Shown: positions 1 through 9,491 of the stretch, in pieces
Position numbering within the stretch: position 1 is the stretch's first letter
Layout: each line of letters starts with the position of its first letter
DNA from: a virus
Lineage: Duplodnaviria; Caudoviricetes
Virus record (IMG/VR): IMGVR_UViG_3300032136_000009
Span: 1 to 42,115 of that record
Direction: 5' to 3' (one strand)
DNA: 42,115 bases
Made by a program: the position numbers and the translations under genes
Notes under the pieces: generated by a model
Databases searched by the model: none
Told to the model about the DNA's origin: nothing
Seen by the model: only the letters and a program-made list of their open reading frames with translations

Positions 1-855
1 GTAGTAGCAAGCGGCTACGCCAACGGATGAACCTTTCATGTTGTTATTATTGCCGATTAAATGCACTCCAACACAATCACCGCGCTGCACGCTAATACCG
101 GCAAAGCTGACGGTGACTGTTCCGGGGCCACCAGTCAACTGCGACGTAAGATTTTCCGACTCGGCTACAAGGTCATAGGTGGTGCCGTTTTTTCGCCAAA
201 TCTTGATAGTAAACCCCGCGTATCCGTCCGCATCTGCGGCATCCCAGTGAAATTTTGCTTGTGTGATAATGCCCGTTTGTCTAATGCGCTCCTTGGGGTA
301 AACATTGACAATATCACGCCCTGGGGTTGATGCTCCGGCAACCGTTCCCCCGGACACAATAGCCGTATATCCACCCGTTACCACAGGCCCTGTATCTGCC
401 GTAAAGGGTAGATTGTAGGCCCGTTGCGTTGTTTCCCCGATCCACGCATGAGCCTTCACGCTGCTAAAGTCGTCGTCAAATTCCAAATAATCCGGCGGCG
501 TGTACTTGCCGTCATCGTCGATGCTGCCTGTCAGACTGCCTTCCAAATCCGGCGCATTCCTACGCCAAGCCCAGTGGGCCTTATTGCCTTGTCCTCTGGC
601 ATACCGTAACGGCGGGCATATCAGGTGCGTGACCCGCTTGGACAGGTGCGGGACACCGGCACGTTTGAAGATAATGTCGTATGGCTTGGAGTCACCCTGA
701 AGGGAAGTGGTGGTGGGGGCTAGCGTAACCCCTACCGTGGAAGCATCCCCAACCGAACCACCTGCAGAGCGCCCGTCCATACCGGACGATAGCGCCCAAC
801 CGATTGCAACGGCTAGAATGACGCCAAAGAGTTTCCAGCTAGAAGCTTTCCACAT
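1..855 (-). CDS. Partial (runs off left end) virion/tail-fibre-like protein with N-terminal signal peptide or TM segment
   Basis: ATG at 855, just after the stop of 859..1341. Translated by hand, the frame is open to base 1: MWKASSWKLFGVILAVAIGWALSSG...AGFTIKIWRKNGTTYDLVAES. Absent from the ORF track because no stop lies in the window. Confidence 0.75.
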   Translation of the reverse strand, partial: MWKASSWKLFGVILAVAIGWALSSGMDGRSAGGSVGDASTVGVTLAPTTTSLQGDSKPYDIIFKRAGVPHLSKRVTHLICPPLRYARGQGNKAHWAWRRNAPDLEGSLTGSIDDDGKYTPPDYLEFDDDFSSVKAHAWIGETTQRAYNLPFTADTGPVVTGGYTAIVSGGTVAGASTPGRDIVNVYPKERIRQTGIITQAKFHWDAADADGYAGFTIKIWRKNGTTYDLVAESENLTSQLTGGPGTVTVSFAGISVQRGDCVGVHLIGNNNNMKGSSVGVAACYY

Positions 856-858
856 GGT

Positions 859-1341
859 TTAGTAATCCTGATGAAGGACGTGGACTGGGTTCGTTGCCGT
901 CGTGCTCTCTGCGGAAATGTAGAGGCTGTACCCGCTAGGGATTTCGAGGAACTTGTTACCGTTGCTGTCAATCGGCAAGGTCAAGTTCTCGAACATGGAT
1001 TCGGGAACCACGTCTGCCGTGCTGTCACCCGCTACATCGATCAGGACCAACTGCCTAGCGTCCGATCCATTATGGATGTAAAGCGTGACCTCTCTGTCGC
1101 CGGAAGTGCCATCCGTGTCCGGATACACAAGCACGTCCAGAATCTTGCTACCGTTAGCACCCGCTGCGAGCAGGCTGGCAGGCGTAGTCTGATCGCCGGT
1201 AGCGATTTGGATCGTAGTGCATTTGGGCGTCTGAGGGAGTACCACGCTGTTCGGCGTAACAGCTCCAAACACGGCATGAGCCAACAGCCCAACCAGCAGC
1301 ACCCCACAAGCGACCAACCCACATCGTTGCAACGTCTTCAT
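859..1341 (-). CDS. Putative virion structural protein with Sec-type signal peptide
   Basis: SD AAGGAG. N-terminus MKTLQRCGLVACGVLLVGLLAHAVFG-AVTPNS; beta-rich body; lies in the structural operon. Confidence 0.75.
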   Translation of the reverse strand: MKTLQRCGLVACGVLLVGLLAHAVFGAVTPNSVVLPQTPKCTTIQIATGDQTTPASLLAAGANGSKILDVLVYPDTDGTSGDREVTLYIHNGSDARQLVLIDVAGDSTADVVPESMFENLTLPIDSNGNKFLEIPSGYSLYISAESTTATNPVHVLHQDY

Positions 1342-1354
1342 CCTTGGTTCTCCT

Positions 1355-2269
1355 TTAACGTAGGCAGCTCATGGCCGCGGCGAAGTCCAACTTGAAGTCT
1401 GTCATGGAAGGTGAGGTGTAGAGGATGCCACCTGAAGTACCGCGCTCTAAAGTAGTGAGCGTGTCCTCAAACGCTATACCCCCACATCCAGATTCAATGA
1501 ATAAATAAGAATAATCTTGATACCAAACGGCCAACGTGCCATCGCTTCGGTTAACAGCAAAACCAGATCTAGTTCCGGTTCCAGTTCGGCCACCCAGTTG
1601 AAACCAAAAACCACCACCGGCTTTATCGGTCCCGTTGCCGTCACGGGCGCGGAAATGAACGTCAACACCGCTTGTGTCCGTGACGCTGAATGCGGTTGGA
1701 GCTGAACCGTCTAGGGACAGGGATAGCACATCGTTTGTGCCGTCACCAAACGCAAGGGTGGAGGCTTCTTGGCGGTCTATGCGGATATCTTTAGTGCCGG
1801 TATAAACACCAGTAGAAGACCACTCTATCGTGCCTGCACTTTGCATTGTAAGCCCACCACTGTCTATAAGCGTAGAACTCACTGATAAAAAATTAGGACA
1901 ACTAACCGTTAATGCGACGTTTAATCTGCCCTGCGCATCCATAGAGCATCCTGTAGTATAGGCCGCTCCATCTATAGAATAATCAAAGGATAAATTACCA
2001 AGCGGAGCGATCCCGTCTTGCGGCTCATTCTGTATAACCCAATCAACTGTCCTACTAACCGCATCGTCCGTATCCCACGCCGTGCCGTGAAAACGGAGAC
2101 GTGGGCTATACTGCTCTGGAACACCGACCGTGGCTGCCGTACTATTCTGAATAACCACGCCGTCAGTAGAAGTGGTCTGGATGTCGTTCTTCGTGACGGT
2201 TAGTAGTGCCACCCCTGCCGCCAACGCAAGCGCGACGAAATGTCGCCCCCAACTATGCCTCTTGTTCAT
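1355..2269 (-). CDS. Tail-fibre/spike-like protein with N-terminal hydrophobic leader
   Basis: SD CAGGAGG. Gly/Ser/Thr/Asp-rich, beta-rich composition; leader MNKRHSWGRHFVALALAAGVALLTV. Confidence 0.7.
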   Translation of the reverse strand: MNKRHSWGRHFVALALAAGVALLTVTKNDIQTTSTDGVVIQNSTAATVGVPEQYSPRLRFHGTAWDTDDAVSRTVDWVIQNEPQDGIAPLGNLSFDYSIDGAAYTTGCSMDAQGRLNVALTVSCPNFLSVSSTLIDSGGLTMQSAGTIEWSSTGVYTGTKDIRIDRQEASTLAFGDGTNDVLSLSLDGSAPTAFSVTDTSGVDVHFRARDGNGTDKAGGGFWFQLGGRTGTGTRSGFAVNRSDGTLAVWYQDYSYLFIESGCGGIAFEDTLTTLERGTSGGILYTSPSMTDFKLDFAAAMSCLR

Positions 2270-2299
2270 CTATCTCTTCCTCCTGTGTCTTCTACGCGC

Positions 2300-2677
2300 T
2301 TAACTCGATAGGCGGAGTTTGTGCGCTCCATGCACAATCATCATCCGTGCTTGATTGCCAACCGCTCGCATATGAACCTCGTGCGGTCCGTCATCGCCTG
2401 CCACAATGAAGTTACTGTCAAACATCCAGCTCTCTCCGGGGAGGATAATGAGCTTCTTACCCGCAGCCATGTTAGCTGCCATGCTCGTCCCCTGTTCCAT
2501 TACCACTACAGCATCATTCGCTCCACTCGGCGTAGCGAATGCATCATCTTGGTACCCCAAGTGCTTCAACGAAATCATGCCCGAAGGCAGGATGATAGAG
2601 TAGTCCGCACCCGTCGCCACTGTGAACGTGTACCAAGGTATGCTTGCTGCTACTCGGAAGTCTAAGCTCGCTGCCAT
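2300..2677 (-). CDS. Hypothetical virion protein
   Basis: SD AAGGAGG; directly downstream of the major capsid gene. Confidence 0.75.
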   Translation of the reverse strand: MAASLDFRVAASIPWYTFTVATGADYSIILPSGMISLKHLGYQDDAFATPSGANDAVVVMEQGTSMAANMAAGKKLIILPGESWMFDSNFIVAGDDGPHEVHMRAVGNQARMMIVHGAHKLRLSS

Positions 2678-2704
2678 CTATCCGTCCTCCTTCAAGAACG
2701 CTAA

Positions 2705-2761
2705 CCAGCCATGACCTTTACCTTCCACGCTGGAGAAGAGGAAGGTAAGGGTCATGGCTGG
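2705..2761. repeat. 22-bp inverted repeat downstream of the major capsid gene (mRNA hairpin: processing, stability or termination)
   Basis: ccagccatgacctttaccttcc (2705-2726) / ggaaggtaagggtcatggctgg (2740-2761), one mismatch. Loop contains GCTGGAGAAG. Confidence 0.8.
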
Positions 2762-2808
2762 ATCGCTTGTTAAGGCGACCCAGCCGAACGACCCAGGCGT
2801 ACTGCTAT

Positions 2809-3792
2809 TTAGTTGTCGATCTTCTGACTGCATTCCGGACGGAGCATGCCCAAACCGAACCGGCGCTTACCGAGGATGAGCACTTCGTTGTACTTGTCGT
2901 AGTGCTCACTGCCCTTACCGAGGATGGTCACGTTGGCGGCTTCACGATCGAGGAAGACGAACGGTCGTTGCGCCTCCATCGGTCCGCCCGTGAAGTGCAT
3001 GTACCAATCATTGCCACTCAGGTGGGCATCCGGGATCCGGCTGGCCATGCCGCTCGCCTGACTCTTGCGGAAGGCACCCGCACTCCCGATTTCCATCGAG
3101 AACGGTTCACCGTTCTTCGCGCTACCGAACACAGCGTTCATCGCAGCGTTCAGTCCCACAGCGTGATGCACCACAACGTTCTCAGGATTCTCGAACGCTT
3201 GCTGGAACATCTTAGGCGCACCTCGGTCATCCTTCCATGCCTGCATCACGGCCAAGGCACCGAAGAAGTCCGCGTGGATAGCCTCTGCGGTTACGCCCGT
3301 TCCGGTGTACAGATTGCTCTGTCCGGTCGTGTACTCACCGTTCGGCCACACGTGACCCGTCGCGTAGAAGTACTGGCCGTCAAACGCGCTGAGCGATTCG
3401 CCATTGTTGATGAGATCCGTAACGATCAACTCATCCGGAGCCAGTACCAACCGTGCCATTACTTCCTTAGCGAGCGGAGCGTACAGTCCGATTTGATCAT
3501 CCGACCAGTCATCGCCCGAGATCGCCATGGAGATTTCGTAGGTGTCGTTTGTGATGGTCTGCTTGATGGTCGCGACCACGCCACCCGCGCGCTCCTCCGT
3601 CCACTTGCGAGCCTTAGGCACCGCATTCACATGGACGAAGTACTCCTCACCGCGAATACTTTTATAAGTATACGCGATGCGGTTGACAAGCCTTGGCGAA
3701 ACGATAGCAGGAAGACTGCGGATCGTCGCTACCAACGCTGTCAGATGAATGTTCGAGTCACCTTTAACTCGAACTGGAAGTGGACTTGCCAT
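2809..3792 (-). CDS. Major capsid protein, Mu gpT-like
   Basis: 327 aa downstream of protease/scaffold. Segments resemble the Mu-like gpT family: TITNDTYEISMAI, FDGQYFYATGH, LSGNDWYM, RPFVFLDRE. Confidence 0.8.
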   Translation of the reverse strand: MASPLPVRVKGDSNIHLTALVATIRSLPAIVSPRLVNRIAYTYKSIRGEEYFVHVNAVPKARKWTEERAGGVVATIKQTITNDTYEISMAISGDDWSDDQIGLYAPLAKEVMARLVLAPDELIVTDLINNGESLSAFDGQYFYATGHVWPNGEYTTGQSNLYTGTGVTAEAIHADFFGALAVMQAWKDDRGAPKMFQQAFENPENVVVHHAVGLNAAMNAVFGSAKNGEPFSMEIGSAGAFRKSQASGMASRIPDAHLSGNDWYMHFTGGPMEAQRPFVFLDREAANVTILGKGSEHYDKYNEVLILGKRRFGLGMLRPECSQKIDN

Positions 3793-3861
3793 TGTTCAAT
3801 CCTCTCGTCGTCTTGAGTTTAGTTCAGCCCAACACCAAAGAAGAAACCCTGTTTGACCCTT

Positions 3862-3900
3862 GCTCTGGGCGTCGGGGTAGGTGAGCCCAACGCCCAGAGC
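3862..3900. repeat. Intergenic hairpin upstream of the major capsid gene
   Basis: gctctgggcgt (3862-3872) / acgcccagagc (3890-3900); extendable to ~15 bp on the minus-strand RNA. Confidence 0.7.
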
Positions 3901-3913
3901 CCAAGTAGAACTA

Positions 3914-5056
3914 CTACACCCTCGTCAGCTGTCGTGCGAGAATGTAGTCAACCGTCATGGTCGCGACCGCAGCTGCCGCAGTCTCGATTTCGATCGTGGG
4001 CACGAGGTCCGTAGCGACCGGGATGTCGTCAGTATCGACGCTCGTTTCGACCAACGTCCCGTTCACGTAGAACTTCACGCTCACTCCCTGCTCGTACAGG
4101 ATCCCAACTACAACGTAGGTGTCGTCGACGAGGTCGACTCCGCTATCCGTCGCCTCTTCGCTCGTGGACTTCTCCGTGACGCAATCGAGGTTGTCGTCAT
4201 TATCCATCCGGAAGAACAAACCACCACCAGCGGCATTGTACCGGTCGCCACCTCGGGCGCACAGGCCAATGACGAAGTTGGCTTCAGACACGTCCGCGAC
4301 TTTGAACCGTGCCTCGAAGTACACAACCGCCGTCAGTCCTGGCGTGAAGTGCGCCCCATTGATCTGAAGCGAGTTCTGGTCTCCAGACTTGTCGTTGGTT
4401 GTGATGGTCAACGTACCATCAGGTTCGCCATCCGTGATCTTGATCACCTGTCCAGCGTCTGAGTCACCGTCCACCATCGTCAAGAGCCAAGCAGCGGCTC
4501 CCGCCGTCGCGGAAACGCTGGCATGAGCCGGATCGACAAAGTCGTTCCAGTACTCAATGCCACCATTGATATGACGCAGACCGTCCGGTTGCCCTCGGGG
4601 GAGTGCTCGCAAGCCCACAGGCTCACGTACGTCAAACCGGACCCAACACTTACCACTGATAGCAGTACCTTGGCTATCGTACTCCAACGCAGCGACGCGA
4701 CCCACGAGGTAATACCCCGCAGCGTAAGTGAGCGTGCAGTCGGCCGGATTGTCCGTGTTACACCACACAGGCTTATCCAGATCAGTAGCTGCAACGCCAC
4801 TGATGCTCGCCTTGAACGCACCCTTACGAGCCAACTCCACCATTCGCGCCTTGCCGGTATCCGTGCTGGCGACTTCACCACCAATGATACCGCAGAATTC
4901 ACCGGCATGACTTGTCGAGAGGGGGCGGACATTCCCATCCTCATCCTGCATACCGAAACAGTTATTGTACACTGTCACGGATGCAGTCGCGAGGCGCGAG
5001 ACTTTGTCCCCATCTCGTACGATCAGTGCCGCGTTATTGCTCGTCAATGCGGACAT
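3914..5056 (-). CDS. Head decoration/cement protein with extra C-terminal beta-sandwich-like domain
   Basis: Lies between scaffold and capsid. The N-terminal ~140 aa resemble Mu-like cement proteins (FCGI, RKGAF, ATDLDKPVWC, LVGRV). Confidence 0.65.
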   Translation of the reverse strand: MSALTSNNAALIVRDGDKVSRLATASVTVYNNCFGMQDEDGNVRPLSTSHAGEFCGIIGGEVASTDTGKARMVELARKGAFKASISGVAATDLDKPVWCNTDNPADCTLTYAAGYYLVGRVAALEYDSQGTAISGKCWVRFDVREPVGLRALPRGQPDGLRHINGGIEYWNDFVDPAHASVSATAGAAAWLLTMVDGDSDAGQVIKITDGEPDGTLTITTNDKSGDQNSLQINGAHFTPGLTAVVYFEARFKVADVSEANFVIGLCARGGDRYNAAGGGLFFRMDNDDNLDCVTEKSTSEEATDSGVDLVDDTYVVVGILYEQGVSVKFYVNGTLVETSVDTDDIPVATDLVPTIEIETAAAAVATMTVDYILARQLTRV

Positions 5057-5123
5057 CTTTGATCTCTCCTTCTCTTTACGTTAACGAACTGATCGCCAAC
5101 TCAGCGATCAAACCACACGGCAC

Positions 5124-5987
5124 CTACTCAGGTTGTGCCAAGTCAGGGCAAGCCTTGGCGAGTTTCTCTTCTGAGACGTCCATTCCTGCCTGAGACAATC
5201 CGGCCAGCACGAAGTCTTTCTCGGACATGCTGGCATAGCTTTCTTTGACCTGCTCGTATTCACCGCGCAGACCCTTGATCTTGGCACCGAGCTCTGCATC
5301 GACTGAACCTTCAGTCACCGCAGCATCCGGAGGGACAGCGACTGTTTCGGCCTGTTTGTTCTCCGCTTTGAGCTTCTTCTCGACGAAGCTCCGGATGTAG
5401 CTGATGGACGCATTGATGCCCATGCTTTCCACATCCGCGCGTAGCGCTTCACAGTCACCGTCGTTAAGGAGACCCGGATGCATGCTTCCCAGCTGGAGAG
5501 CGGCTTCGATGCTGCTCGCTCGCTGGATAGCGGACGTCGCGTCCTTAACGGACGCATCGGTCAGGCTGCTCTGTAACTGAGCGGCGACCGTGGCCGGGAG
5601 ACCTGCACCTTTGATCAGACTTCCGATGCGAGCACGCCTTCGCTTGTCGCGATAGGTCGACTCAGCCACGACCTGTCGGACCAAGTCCGGTCGTGCGGCC
5701 ATCAGCTGTTCCGGGGTGGCCTGACCAAGACTGACGTTCTTGCGAAGCATACGAGCGTGAGCCTTGTCTTTCTTGGACTCCTCCTCGTCCTCCTCGTCCT
5801 CCTCGTCGTCCTCGCCCTCAGCCGCATCCGGCTCGTCTTCCTCGTCTTCCTCATCTTCGGCTGCGTCGGCATCCTTCTTCTTCTTGTCGTCTTCCGACTC
5901 AGCGGCATCCTGCTTACCAACCAAGATGCTGCTCAGTCCGGCAAGGCCACCGTCAACCTTTTTCCCTTTCTTACCCAAAGTTGCCAT
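5124..5987 (-). CDS. Nested in-frame scaffolding protein (lambda Nu3-like)
   Basis: Internal ATG (MATLGKKGKK) at 5987, preceded by GGAGGAAGGAACG at the protease domain boundary; same arrangement as lambda C/Nu3. Confidence 0.6.
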   Translation of the reverse strand: MATLGKKGKKVDGGLAGLSSILVGKQDAAESEDDKKKKDADAAEDEEDEEDEPDAAEGEDDEEDEEDEEESKKDKAHARMLRKNVSLGQATPEQLMAARPDLVRQVVAESTYRDKRRRARIGSLIKGAGLPATVAAQLQSSLTDASVKDATSAIQRASSIEAALQLGSMHPGLLNDGDCEALRADVESMGINASISYIRSFVEKKLKAENKQAETVAVPPDAAVTEGSVDAELGAKIKGLRGEYEQVKESYASMSEKDFVLAGLSQAGMDVSEEKLAKACPDLAQPE

Positions 5988-6794
5988 CGTTCCTTCCTCC
6001 TCGTCGTCGTCTTCCTGCTCCATCGCCAACGCAGCGATGACACTGTCGAGCGTGCCTACTCCGTCAGCTAGGCCGAGCTCGACAGCGGCCTTGCCAACAA
6101 AAACCCTTCCATCGGCTAACTTCTGCACCTCCGCGAGGTCCATATCGCGATAGGTGCTAACCTTGTTCACGAACAACGTGTAGAAGCTATCGACCAAATA
6201 CTGCGCTTGCTCGCGCTGCTCCTTGCTGATCGGCGTAACGGGAACGTCCGCTCCCTTGTACTTGCCGGTCCGAATGAGCTCAAACTTGATGCCGTAGTTC
6301 TCGGCCATTTTGGAGTAGTCCATCAGTACAGTGTAAACGCCAATGGACCCAACGATTGCATCTTGACTAACAACGATAGCATCACACGCACAACCCAACC
6401 AATAAGCGGCGCTCGCCATCATCCCGCTTGCGAAAGCGACGACGTGTTTGTTCTTGCATGCTGCGTGGAGTGCATCGCTCAAGTCGCTAATGCCATCCAC
6501 GGTTCCACCCGGACTGTCTACGTACAAGCAGATGTTCTTAACATCACTGTCGACCACAGCAAGATCCAACGCACGGCGAACCGTGTTCACATCGGTCCCA
6601 CCCCAAGTTGGGTACTTACTGACCACGCCCCTCAGCGGGATAACTGCCGTATTCCCTGCCAACCCGTACATCTTCCCTAACGCCTTATCTTCCTTTTCCG
6701 ATAGGTCGCCTCGGACCACTTGCATGCAGAACTTCTCTAACGCGTTCCGCTCCATTGCCCATGCTGCCGTAGAGATAGCGGTCTTAGGATCCAT
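5124..6794 (-). CDS. S49-family (SppA/lambda gpC-like) prohead protease fused to scaffold
   Basis: Motifs VDSPGGTV, MASAAYWLG, VGSIGV, TGKYK, ADGRVFVG-AVELGLAD; acidic C-terminal half. Confidence 0.9.
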   Translation of the reverse strand: MDPKTAISTAAWAMERNALEKFCMQVVRGDLSEKEDKALGKMYGLAGNTAVIPLRGVVSKYPTWGGTDVNTVRRALDLAVVDSDVKNICLYVDSPGGTVDGISDLSDALHAACKNKHVVAFASGMMASAAYWLGCACDAIVVSQDAIVGSIGVYTVLMDYSKMAENYGIKFELIRTGKYKGADVPVTPISKEQREQAQYLVDSFYTLFVNKVSTYRDMDLAEVQKLADGRVFVGKAAVELGLADGVGTLDSVIAALAMEQEDDDEEEGTMATLGKKGKKVDGGLAGLSSILVGKQDAAESEDDKKKKDADAAEDEEDEEDEPDAAEGEDDEEDEEDEEESKKDKAHARMLRKNVSLGQATPEQLMAARPDLVRQVVAESTYRDKRRRARIGSLIKGAGLPATVAAQLQSSLTDASVKDATSAIQRASSIEAALQLGSMHPGLLNDGDCEALRADVESMGINASISYIRSFVEKKLKAENKQAETVAVPPDAAVTEGSVDAELGAKIKGLRGEYEQVKESYASMSEKDFVLAGLSQAGMDVSEEKLAKACPDLAQPE

Positions 6795-8416
6795 CAGGCA
6801 ACTCCTCTATCTTCATCTTCGTCTTGTTGGCTCTCGCCTTCTTCCTTACTATCCTTCTCAGCGGGGACGCCTGTCTGTGCACGCACGTCGTCAAGCGCGA
6901 GCTTGAGCGCATCTTCTTCACTCATCCCAAACTCAGTGTACAAGTCGCGGCGAGTAGTGATCATCTCGCGCATCTCATTCACAAGATCAGAGTTAATCTC
7001 TCCCCACTCCAACCCCAAAGAACTACAGATGCGCTTGCGACTGTTCGTCTTGTTCTGCAGGGACAGCACGTTGGCCTTCTCGAATTTCTCTTCGTCTACT
7101 GGCGGTCGTGCTGGGAACACGAACTTTACCTTACGGCTAAGCTCGTTCAGCGCAACCAGCCTGTCCGTAGTAGCGAACTGATTCTCCAACGCCATCTGGA
7201 ACAAGATCCGTCGGTTGGTTAGAATGCACTCGCCGAGCGTGTAGTCCTGTTGCTCGCGGACGGTGATCTTGTCGTCACGATCGCCGAACTTTGTAGAGGA
7301 GTAGTTGGTCTTGGAAAGATCATAAGTCAATCGTTCGAAGCTCACGCCTAATGCGCGTGCCGTCATACGAAGCGACCAAATAATGAAGTCCCCGAGTTGT
7401 GGAGTCTGTGTTTGGAGGAGCTTCATATCTCCTTGCGCAGGGAACAACATAAACCGATGCTTCCGTGCCCAGTTCAATAGCTTACGATCGTTCTGCGTGA
7501 TCTCTTCACTTGCGCTACTGACAGTCGACCCGCTCGCTAACGTGCTGCTCAATGCTTTTGTGCTTTGTCCACCTGACTTCGCCATGCCGACAAAATACGC
7601 ATGAAGCTCCATTGTCTGTAGCAACGCATCCATCCACCGACTGAGCATCTCTAATCGACTGATGGCAGGTGCGTACCAGCTGAGCCCACGCGTTTGTCCT
7701 GCCAGGCAAGCTGTTCGCGGATGGTAGAACAGAGGCAGCTCTTTGTATCTGCCGGTAGGCATACGGTTCTCGAAGATACCAACCTCTTCAACAACGAAGA
7801 AGCTCTGCTGTCGATCTTTCTTGTCATATCGGAATCCATCTCGAATGAACTCAGCGTCTCTGGACTTATCATCGTAGGGATTCTGGATAAGACGGTAGGG
7901 AATAACCTGCGCCTCGAACGGCTCCCACATGTTGCTAAGTGGGTTGGTCACTGCACCACCATCAATCAGCACATGACGCAGACTCTTCTTCAGATGTGTA
8001 AGACCATCTCGGTCAAAGAGGTAGGTCTTCCATGCATAGTCAATCTTGTTATCGAGCTGCGGACTACCAGTATCTGCCTGTACGCTGAGGGTGTTAACGA
8101 CTTGCCTTATCTGACTTTCTACAATGCCCTTAACAAGCGTTACATTGTAGTAGGCCAGTGTGCACCTTCGCCGCTGTTCTGGCGTGTCGGGTGCGAGGTC
8201 CATGTCGGGGTGCTGCTCATTGTCCATTCCGGGGAGGTATTCAGTTTTCTCACTATCTAGCTTACCTCCTCCGATTGCAGCTTGCACATCGCTCCCGTAA
8301 CGCGTTAACCGCGTCTGAGGGCGGATGACATTCCAAGCCGCTCGTCCTACTCCTAAGAGTCGCGCGCCTAACGACTCAGTAGGAACTCTATGTAGCCTGT
8401 CCTGGGTAGAGGACAT
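6794..8416 (-). CDS. Portal protein, lambda family
   Basis: AGQTRGLSWYAP, ARALGVSFERLTYDLSKTNYSS, VDEEKFEKA motifs. Start placed at the ATG after GAGGGG; the ORF track extends to 8464. Confidence 0.88.
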   Translation of the reverse strand: MSSTQDRLHRVPTESLGARLLGVGRAAWNVIRPQTRLTRYGSDVQAAIGGGKLDSEKTEYLPGMDNEQHPDMDLAPDTPEQRRRCTLAYYNVTLVKGIVESQIRQVVNTLSVQADTGSPQLDNKIDYAWKTYLFDRDGLTHLKKSLRHVLIDGGAVTNPLSNMWEPFEAQVIPYRLIQNPYDDKSRDAEFIRDGFRYDKKDRQQSFFVVEEVGIFENRMPTGRYKELPLFYHPRTACLAGQTRGLSWYAPAISRLEMLSRWMDALLQTMELHAYFVGMAKSGGQSTKALSSTLASGSTVSSASEEITQNDRKLLNWARKHRFMLFPAQGDMKLLQTQTPQLGDFIIWSLRMTARALGVSFERLTYDLSKTNYSSTKFGDRDDKITVREQQDYTLGECILTNRRILFQMALENQFATTDRLVALNELSRKVKFVFPARPPVDEEKFEKANVLSLQNKTNSRKRICSSLGLEWGEINSDLVNEMREMITTRRDLYTEFGMSEEDALKLALDDVRAQTGVPAEKDSKEEGESQQDEDEDRGVA

Positions 8417-8669
8417 CGAACCCCTCTTCTGCTCCATGCTCATTGAGCCAAACACGCGCTTCACGGAGCTCTTGGGCTATCGCGTCCATGTTCGTGAGGA
8501 CGCTAATGCCTGCTCCTGATGTGGACTTGAACTCTCTGCGTAGGAGGATACGACACGCCGTGATGAACGCCTTACACTCACTCACGCTATCGTTCTCCGC
8601 GTACGACGCATTGTCATCGTATGCGTTGCGTACTTGTTCATCGGTAGAACTAGAGTTAAGTGTTGACAT
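8388..8669 (-). CDS. Head-completion (gpW-position) protein
   Basis: Small gene directly upstream of portal; MSTLNSSSTDEQVRNAYDDNASY...FITACRILLRR. Function inferred from synteny. Confidence 0.6.
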   Translation of the reverse strand: MSTLNSSSTDEQVRNAYDDNASYAENDSVSECKAFITACRILLRREFKSTSGAGISVLTNMDAIAQELREARVWLNEHGAEEGFDVLYPGQAT

Positions 8670-8717
8670 GTACCCTCGGATCTCCAAGGGCATTATGCAA
8701 TGGAATGGATGGGGGTA

Positions 8718-8781
8718 GCAAGGTCCGCGAAGGACCGATTTCCCTTATGCGTACGGAAAATCGGTCCCCGCAGGACCGTGC
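8718..8781. repeat. Long imperfect intergenic hairpin upstream of the head operon
   Basis: Core ggaccgattt (8732-8741) / aaatcggtcc (8758-8767), with flanking ggtcc/ggacc and gca/tgc. Confidence 0.65.
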
Positions 8782-8802
8782 TGGAGGAAGGGCTAAGAAA
8801 GT

Positions 8803-9261
8803 CTAGAGGTTGGTGTCCGTCGCGCGGCGACGCATCCTGCCTTTACCTTGGGGTGTTCCTTTCTTCCGTTTCTTCGCGCGTAGGTGCGGCTCAGGGGATT
8901 CCTCCTTTGAGGGTTCATCCTCTGTGATTGTAGTGGGGATGCTGATGCTAGGTGTGTCCTCGACATACACCGGAGGGGTTTCTAGCTTCCCCACCTGATC
9001 AAGGACAACAGATCTGACATCCTGCACGGACTTCGATTCCCAACCTGTAATGTCCATCTGCAGCTTGATACCTAGTTCAACGAGGAACGTCTTCTCGATT
9101 CGATCTCGCGCTGACATGGCTTGCTGTACGTCCAACCGTAGGTCACTTGGTTTGTCCCTTGTTTTCTCCGCTGGTAAGTGTCTCCCGAGCCGAATGTCCT
9201 TCCCCTTCGCGAAGGGCGTCATGTGTGCGGGGATTGGGATGTGTCTTCCTTCTGCCATCAT
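8803..9261 (-). CDS. Hypothetical protein with basic C-terminus
   Basis: SD AAGGAG; overlaps the stop of the upstream gene. Confidence 0.7.
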   Translation of the reverse strand: MMAEGRHIPIPAHMTPFAKGKDIRLGRHLPAEKTRDKPSDLRLDVQQAMSARDRIEKTFLVELGIKLQMDITGWESKSVQDVRSVVLDQVGKLETPPVYVEDTPSISIPTTITEDEPSKEESPEPHLRAKKRKKGTPQGKGRMRRRATDTNL

Positions 9262-9491
9262 GCTTCTCCTTTCAGATGAATGCTACACAGGAACACAGTC
9301 TTCATGTATGCAAAGTCAAGCTCGAACTCCTCGGCCACACGACCGCGCTCGTCCAAGCTCAAGTACCAAAGCACTTCTCCCAACTCATACTGCCCCTTAT
9401 ACGGCTTAGGTAACGTGCTTCCATTCCGCTTCCTCAAAGCACGTTCTGAAATGCCGAGCACCTTAGACAGTCTGCGTTGGGATACTTTCAT
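9258..9491 (-). CDS. Small winged-HTH protein (Nu1/excisionase-like)
   Basis: VSQRRLSKVLGISERALRK...GQYELGEVLWY resembles MerR/Nu1-type wHTH spacing. Confidence 0.6.
   Translation of the reverse strand: MKVSQRRLSKVLGISERALRKRNGSTLPKPYKGQYELGEVLWYLSLDERGRVAEEFELDFAYMKTVFLCSIHLKGEA

Noticed and set aside
5760-5900. Low-complexity (tcc/tcg) repeats
   Set aside because: They simply encode the acidic Asp/Glu linker of the scaffold.
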